From Candidatus Fermentibacteraceae bacterium (GTDB lineage: Bacteria > Fermentibacterota > Fermentibacteria > Fermentibacterales > JCC-6), in assembly GCA_041686025.1 (NCBI GenBank), contig JAWLEP010000025.1, positions 5,132-27,624 of the forward strand: DNA of 22,493 nucleotides, read 5' to 3'. The translations under genes were made by a program, and so were the position numbers. Positions 17,284 to 22,493 of this stretch are shown here, in pieces. A model generated the notes under the pieces. The model worked only from the letters and a program-made list of their open reading frames with translations. It did no database searches and was not told where the DNA came from. Positions within the stretch are counted from its first letter, which is position 1. Each line of letters begins with the position of its first letter.

Positions 17284-19815
17284 TCATATCATCTCCAGAA
17301 GGGTCTGTATGCGTATCCCCAGCCTCTCCCTGTCGGCGTTGGAGTAGTCGGTCTCCACCTTCAGGTAGGATAGGCCCAGCTCCCTTTTCACGAACTCCGA
17401 TACAGTGAAGGATTCCACGCTGTAGGTGTGGCACGCCTGCCAGACCAGGTCCACAACGGCGTCGGCACGGAAGGTCCCTGCCAGCTCCCGCAGCAGCTCC
17501 AGCCTGCCGGTGTTGGGCGTCATGCATGAGCAGGGTATGCGGAAGTGCTTTTCGGCGATGGCCTCCAGCGGGTCGCCCTCCTCTGACACGGGATCCAGGG
17601 GCTTCCAGCCCGAGCATGTCTCCTGCACCACTACTATGCCGCCGGACTCCTCGATGGTCTCGATGACCTTGAGGGTACCCTCGGCCATGGGGCATCCGGA
17701 GACTATGACCCTGGGGGCGGCCTCCGGTGCGGCGTAGTCGCCGGCCTCGCGCCTCTGCCCGGCAAGGTCCAGTAAGCGCTGGAGCATCTCGCGGTGTACG
17801 TCCAGGCCGCTGACCCGGTAGCGGAGCCTGGCCAGCTCGGTGCCGGACACCACGGGCCGCTCCTCCGCCCCCAGCATCATGGCCCTCCGCAGCAGGCGCC
17901 GCTCGGCATTCATCCGGATTATCGCCTTGCGCATCCTCTCATCGGTCACCTCGGTATCGAAGGCCTCCTCCAATCGCGTCCTGAGCTTGGCCACCTCGCC
18001 GTACCAGTGCCGGCGGGCCTCCTCCTCGCCCGGCTTCTGGGTGAGCTCCAGTATGTGCTGCGGCTTCCTGTCGGCCATCAGCTCGTACATCTTCTTCTTG
18101 CCGTCGCACGTGGTCTCCGCCACCACCAGGTCGCTGACCATGAAGAACGGGCAACGCCCGGTGAGTATGTAGCCGAAGGACGACTTGATCAGCGGACAGA
18201 GGTTGGCGGGAAGCACCGTCTCAGCAGGAGGTATGGTCCGTCGGCTGGCGCCGCAGAGGCATACCGGCATCGCCCCGGCCGCCAGTATCAGATCCCTGGG
18301 CGTGTACTCGCAGTAGATGCCCACCACCCCCCGGCCCTGGCGCTTCAGGCGGCGGACCTCGGTCGTCTCCGCGGCCATGGAGTTGCGGAAGTGGTCCATG
18401 GGGTCGGCTGTCTGCTGGACGTTTGCAGGCGCGGCCATGGAGACGCTGCAGCCCCGCCGGCTGCGCAGCAGGTCCATGAACGCCTCCATACGTCCGGTTA
18501 CCTGCTCGGAGAGCCTGCCGGGGGAGAAGGGAACGTCGAAGGAGAGTACGGGTATCCCCAGCTCCTCCTCCACGGCTCTGGAGATGACCTTCTCGTCCCA
18601 GGGGCAGTGGCTGGCGCCGAAGATTCCGGAGATGATCACCCCCTCTGCGCCGTAGCGGCCGGCGTCCTCCACTATTCTCTTCGCCCTGGCGCCCACCGGC
18701 CCGGCCAGCCTGTCGTTCTCGCAGCTTCGGGCCACGGCGTCCAGGGGCTCGCCCTCCCCGAAAGGCGTGAAGGCGTGGTTGATCAGGTAGTCGGTGCCGG
18801 CTATGCAGCCCCCCAGGTCCTCCAGCAGGGGAACCAGGGCCGCGTCGGTAGGCGGACTGACCCAGTGGACGCGGATGGGATCCTCCGCCTCCAGCGGTGA
18901 GAGGTTCCGCTCCAGACGGCTCTCGGCCAGGCCGATCAGGTCGTCCAGGACGGCGAACACCTCCACCGGCTCGCTGCAGGCGTGGATGGCCAGGAACTCG
19001 GCCAGATAGGCCTCCAGGCCCGGAAGCGGCGGCCTCTTCGCCGTGTAGACCAGTTCCCGCAGGCGGGCCGTTTTGCCTCGAAGCCTGCCGAACATGTCCA
19101 CGCCGCGTCGGAGCATCTCCGGGGTGGCCCGTCTGCCGGTGAGCTCCTCCAGCGCCTCCACCACCCCCCGAAGCTGGCCGCGGACGAACCGGTGGTAGGC
19201 GCCGCGGTCGCCGGGGGGAAGCTGGGGCATCTCCCACCAGTGGACCGGGTGCCCCCGGGCCTCGATGAGCTGCATCACCGCCGAGAAGTCGTCGCAGACC
19301 GCGCCCACCGCCGCAATGCACAGGTCGGGGGCGGGGAAGTAGTCCAGGGTCACCATGGCCCCCAGGGCGGCCCGGACGAAGCACATCTCCTCGCCGGCGC
19401 CCAGCCTGGCGGCCTCCTCCAGCAGGTGCGGCTCCTCGCTGAAGCAGGGGGCCCACCAGAGCTCGTCGGCGTAGAAGGCCAGCAGCCCGGGGAAGGCGTA
19501 GGCCAGCGGCGCCGTCTGCCCCAGGTCCTTCATCAGACCCACCACCTTCCAGCCCTTCTCCGAGGCCAGGAAGAGACGGTCGCGCTCGCTGAAGAGAAAG
19601 CTCCAGAGTCGCATCCCCTCCTTCGAGCTGTCGAAGCCGAGCCTGCGCAGCAGGGTGTCTCCGCGGCAGGAGTACTCCCAGGGGCTGTACAGGTAGCGGA
19701 TGCCGCCGGGGACCAGGTCGCGAAGGAAGCGGCAGCGGTCCACGTACTCGTCAGGGACCTCCCTTATCCGATCCTCCCACTGGTGCACGGTGAGCTTCGT
19801 TACGGGGTCATTCAC
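17284..19815 (-). CDS. Two-domain 2-hydroxyacyl-CoA dehydratase (HGD-D) family fusion; C-terminal half double-cubane-cluster-protein-like (~843 aa)
   Basis: GTG 19815 overlaps the upstream TGA. N-domain: EMCFVR, AVCDD, SHCP..RMEAFMDLL. C-domain: GIYCEYTP, CLCG, LPANLCPLIKSSFG, CPFF, ETTCDGKKK, SGCP, QETCSG, CSCMTPN, QACHTYSVE, VETDYS. Confidence 0.9.
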   Translation of the reverse strand: MNDPVTKLTVHQWEDRIREVPDEYVDRCRFLRDLVPGGIRYLYSPWEYSCRGDTLLRRLGFDSSKEGMRLWSFLFSERDRLFLASEKGWKVVGLMKDLGQTAPLAYAFPGLLAFYADELWWAPCFSEEPHLLEEAARLGAGEEMCFVRAALGAMVTLDYFPAPDLCIAAVGAVCDDFSAVMQLIEARGHPVHWWEMPQLPPGDRGAYHRFVRGQLRGVVEALEELTGRRATPEMLRRGVDMFGRLRGKTARLRELVYTAKRPPLPGLEAYLAEFLAIHACSEPVEVFAVLDDLIGLAESRLERNLSPLEAEDPIRVHWVSPPTDAALVPLLEDLGGCIAGTDYLINHAFTPFGEGEPLDAVARSCENDRLAGPVGARAKRIVEDAGRYGAEGVIISGIFGASHCPWDEKVISRAVEEELGIPVLSFDVPFSPGRLSEQVTGRMEAFMDLLRSRRGCSVSMAAPANVQQTADPMDHFRNSMAAETTEVRRLKRQGRGVVGIYCEYTPRDLILAAGAMPVCLCGASRRTIPPAETVLPANLCPLIKSSFGYILTGRCPFFMVSDLVVAETTCDGKKKMYELMADRKPQHILELTQKPGEEEARRHWYGEVAKLRTRLEEAFDTEVTDERMRKAIIRMNAERRLLRRAMMLGAEERPVVSGTELARLRYRVSGLDVHREMLQRLLDLAGQRREAGDYAAPEAAPRVIVSGCPMAEGTLKVIETIEESGGIVVVQETCSGWKPLDPVSEEGDPLEAIAEKHFRIPCSCMTPNTGRLELLRELAGTFRADAVVDLVWQACHTYSVESFTVSEFVKRELGLSYLKVETDYSNADRERLGIRIQTLLEMI

Positions 19816-20855
19816 AGCGCTGCCTCCAGGGAGTCCAGGAAGGCGTCCAGCCTGTTGGCCGCCGTCTCCCGTCCGGCGGGGGAGAGGTCGCGGTCGAGGA
19901 CCAGCACGGGAACCGGCATGCGGGCCCGAATCCGGAGCCTCTCGGCGAACCACATGTCGCAGAATCGCATGGTGGTCACCACCAGGCCGTCCACGCCGGT
20001 CTCATCCACGGTGCGCTCGAGGTGCTCGAAGACGGTGTCGTTGGGCCGGCAGCGGGCGCAGAGGACTGCGTCGAAGTACTCGCGGGCAAGATCTCCAGGG
20101 GATGGGGATGGGGGTGGTGAGCCTTCGGGTATGCCCCACAGGGCGCCGCAGCCCAGGGCCACCATGCCGGCGCCCCTGGCCGAGAGAGCCTCCGGGATGA
20201 GGCCGTCGCCCGGGGCTCCGGGCACCTCCAGAACGGCCACCCTGCAGGTGGGCGAGTATTCCCTGGAATCCGCGCGGTCGATCCTGTGGGCAAGTTCGGC
20301 GTCCCCGCCCGTAGGGCACGCCGTTGAGAAATCCATCAGCAGACCCGCCAGATCCACGGGGTCGGCCCTGCCCGACAGGGCCGCTCTCCGCAGAGAGCCG
20401 GCGGCCCCCCGGAAGGCGGCCTCGTACTCGCCTGCCCTGGCGGAATCCCAGCCCTCGGAGAGGTCCCGATCCACGGCGTAGCCTGCGAAGGCCTCCATCT
20501 CCCCGGCGTAGTAGCCGGCGGCCTCCGGCGTCCTGGTGGAGGGAAGGTGCAGGGGTATCACCGGTGCTCGTGTCATTCCCTCCAGCTCCCCGAAGAGCCT
20601 CCTGGTGCCGTCGCAGGTGGCCAGCCCGGCCCAGACGTCTACCCCGGAAACGGGACCCTCCCCGGTCAGTGCAGCGCCCAGGACGGCTTTCACCGCCGGG
20701 CAGACGTCGGGCCTCACCTGCTCCTCTCCCCGCCTGGCCATGGCTCCGCTCAGCCTGTGAACGGGCCGCAGCGGCCGCATGCCCAGCCCCGCGGCCACGG
20801 CCGGGGGAAAGGCCCGGCAGAGGTAGGCCAGCACGGGGCCGGTGCCGTGGTACAA
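19812..20855 (-). CDS. Divergent 2-hydroxyacyl-CoA dehydratase subunit D (HgdB/BcrC-like) family protein
   Basis: YLCRAFPP, RPDVCPAVK, ATCDGTRR, CARCRP, MRFCDMW, NRLDAFLDSL. TTG start 1 nt after the upstream stop. Confidence 0.82.
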   Translation of the reverse strand: MYHGTGPVLAYLCRAFPPAVAAGLGMRPLRPVHRLSGAMARRGEEQVRPDVCPAVKAVLGAALTGEGPVSGVDVWAGLATCDGTRRLFGELEGMTRAPVIPLHLPSTRTPEAAGYYAGEMEAFAGYAVDRDLSEGWDSARAGEYEAAFRGAAGSLRRAALSGRADPVDLAGLLMDFSTACPTGGDAELAHRIDRADSREYSPTCRVAVLEVPGAPGDGLIPEALSARGAGMVALGCGALWGIPEGSPPPSPSPGDLAREYFDAVLCARCRPNDTVFEHLERTVDETGVDGLVVTTMRFCDMWFAERLRIRARMPVPVLVLDRDLSPAGRETAANRLDAFLDSLEAAL

Positions 20856-20856
20856 G

Positions 20857-21660
20857 TCAGCGCTTCCGGGCCACGAGGCGACAGCGGCCGAACTTGCCTT
20901 CGTGGGCCTTCTCCGCCATGAAGCGCATCTCGGCGGCCATTGCTCCGAAAAGGTCCATGTCCCAGCCGATTATCCGCAGGGCGTCAAAGGTCTTCTGCCG
21001 GCCGACCGTCCGGATGTAGTAGTCAACCCAGTCGGCGAAGTCCTCGGTGAGGTCCTCGGAGACCTCCAGCTCGAAGCCTTTGCCGGAAAGCAGTCTCTCC
21101 CATCCGTGGCGGGACTCCACGTAGGGGAACTTCATGAAGGTGCAGATCCGCTGGCCGTCCTCTTCGGGAAGGCCCTTCGGCCCCTCCGTCCAGTCGGTGA
21201 AGGCTATGGTGCCGCCTGGCTTCAGCACCCGGGCGGCCTCCGCGATCATGGCCGGCTTGTCCTCCACGTAGCACCAGGCGTCCTCGCCCCAGATCACGTC
21301 GAAGGTGCTGTCGTCCCAGGGAATGTCCTCCACGTTGCCCAGTCTCTGATCGATCCGGTGGGCCAGGCCGTCAGCCTCTGTCCGGCGGCGGGCCTCCTCG
21401 ATCATGTGCCGGGTTCCCTCCAGGCCGTACCCCTGTATTCCGTAGCTGCGGACCAGGAAGCGCAGCCCCGCCCCCAGGGCGCTGCACAGGTCCAGCACCT
21501 TCTGGCCCTCGCGAAGGCCGGCCAGCTCGGCCAGCTCCTCGGAGCTCTTCGCGCCGCCCACGTGGATCTGCTCGCCCATGAGCATCTCCCAGAGCGAGCC
21601 CTCGGGCCCGCTGTAGACCTGCTGAACGTCGGCCAGCGTCTTGCCCGTCTTCCGTCTCAT
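20857..21660 (-). CDS. Class I SAM-dependent methyltransferase (resembles sarcosine/dimethylglycine and phosphoethanolamine N-methyltransferase group)
   Basis: MGEQIHVGG, motif-I variant KVLDLCSALGAG, IPWDDSTFDVIWGEDAWCY, ARVLKPGG..FTDW. ATG 21660 follows GGAGGGG. Confidence 0.9.
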   Translation of the reverse strand: MRRKTGKTLADVQQVYSGPEGSLWEMLMGEQIHVGGAKSSEELAELAGLREGQKVLDLCSALGAGLRFLVRSYGIQGYGLEGTRHMIEEARRRTEADGLAHRIDQRLGNVEDIPWDDSTFDVIWGEDAWCYVEDKPAMIAEAARVLKPGGTIAFTDWTEGPKGLPEEDGQRICTFMKFPYVESRHGWERLLSGKGFELEVSEDLTEDFADWVDYYIRTVGRQKTFDALRIIGWDMDLFGAMAAEMRFMAEKAHEGKFGRCRLVARKR

Positions 21661-21844
21661 ATTTCCCCTCCGCTGCACTATGGCACGCCTTTGTGGCGTG
21701 TCCGCTTACGGGGCCCTGGGCAGGCCCTGCACCGAAGGAAGTCCGCGGCGGCGGCCGCGGAAAGACCGGCGTTTACGCCGGCGGAATGGTGAGGACCTGC
21801 ATGTCGCTGTGCCTCGGGCCCGGACCGGACCCGAAAGCGGGCCC

Positions 21845-21877
21845 TCAGGTCTGGAGCATCTGAAGCATCAGCCTCAT
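21845..21877 (-). CDS. Candidate leader peptide MRLMLQMLQT (10 aa)
   Basis: SD AAGGAGG (21888-21882), ATG 21877, TGA ending 21845. Lies just downstream of a promoter and upstream of hairpins. Confidence 0.5.
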   Translation of the reverse strand: MRLMLQMLQT

Positions 21878-21908
21878 CGGTCCTCCTTGGGGTGTGGGTT
21901 CAGCCGAA

Positions 21909-21938
21909 ACCCTATGGGCATGGTAGGGATATTGTCAA
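21909..21938 (-). promoter_or_regulatory. Sigma70-like promoter for the leader/methyltransferase-dehydratase operon
   Basis: Consensus -35 TTGACA (21938-33)-N18-TAGGGT (21914-09). The palindrome CCCTA-N9-TAGGG overlaps the spacer and -10. Confidence 0.5.
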
Positions 21939-21981
21939 GCGGAGTCGCGGCGGCTGTCACATCTTGCCCAGGCAGACGGTT

Positions 21982-22491
21982 CTACCAGCCGATGTCCAGG
22001 CCCAGGGCCAGCCTGCGGGGCTGGGAGTAGACGTACTCGTTGTTCATGGGCCCGGTAGGGTCGGCGTCGGAGTAGCTTCCCACGCCCACCTGGTACCACG
22101 GCACGCTGGCGATGAAATCCAGGTTGCGGCGGTCGAACAGGTTGCGCCAGCCCATCCAGCCAGTCATTCGCAGCGGGCCGGCCCGGAAGCGCTTCTCCAG
22201 CCGGAGGTCTGTTCGCATGGTCTCGGGGTAGCGCCAGCCGTTGATCTCCTGCTCGGCGGCTCCGACTTCGTTGTAGGTGTAGGGGTAGCCGCTTCCGTAG
22301 GTCCAGCGCAGCGCAGCCCCCAGGCCGCCCAGCACCGGTGAGGAGACATGCTCCGGAGCCCGGACGCCGAGGTCCAGGGCCTGCCAGTCGTTCCCCGAGA
22401 TTCCCACGGTGCCGCTGTAGTCGTCTCCTTCCTCGGGAGTGGCGGTCCGGACCAGGCCGGACATGGCCCTCCCGCGCTCTGCCGGAAGGCC
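21982..22491 (-). pseudogene. 3' part of a TonB-dependent receptor-like gene, apparently lacking most of the barrel (5' end outside the window)
   Basis: Frame is open to the window edge. Plug-end-like GLPAERGRAMSGLVRTAT is followed within ~40 aa by terminal-strand motifs YGSGYPYT, DLRLEKRF, NLFDRRN and PRRLALGLDIGW (C-terminal aromatic). Confidence 0.65.
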
Positions 22492-22493
22492 GG

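Noticed and set aside
19816..19953. N-terminal extensions in the ORF track (also 2526-2693, 5470-5736, 21661-21678)
   Set aside because: Downstream starts have SD sequences, signal peptides or stop/start coupling; the extensions overlap other genes or promoters.
21680..21900. SAM riboswitch upstream of the methyltransferase
   Set aside because: I could not find SAM-I/IV core elements by eye; an Rfam scan is needed to exclude other classes.
1..22493. Mobile elements, CRISPR, tRNA/rRNA, defence systems
   Set aside because: No transposase, integrase or cas motifs, spaced direct repeats or RNA gene signatures seen.

Overview
GC-rich bacterial chromosomal window. No rRNA, tRNA, CRISPR array or mobile element was seen. 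Three large secreted proteins (C1A cysteine peptidase, Asp-box beta-propeller, M30-like metallopeptidase) end in FlgD-Ig/T9SS-like C-terminal tails. These tails suggest an FCB-group anaerobe such as Ca. Fermentibacteria (inference). Other genes: an SBP-PAS-PAS hybrid histidine kinase, a CPBP protease, an ICMT/PEMT-family methyltransferase, DUF3795, an Fe-S flavoprotein and hypotheticals. The best candidate for a new system is a tightly coupled minus-strand operon at 21660-16503. It encodes a SAM methyltransferase, an HGD-D subunit, a fusion of an HGD-D domain to a double-cubane-cluster-protein-like domain, and an ATP-dependent HgdC-type activase. Upstream lie a sigma70-like promoter, a Met-rich 10-codon leader ORF and a hairpin array that resembles an attenuator. 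A second pattern is several gene remnants that keep both ends but appear to have lost the middle (TonB receptor, class I methyltransferase, VHEWG-motif protein). All family calls are by motif recognition; no database searches were run.
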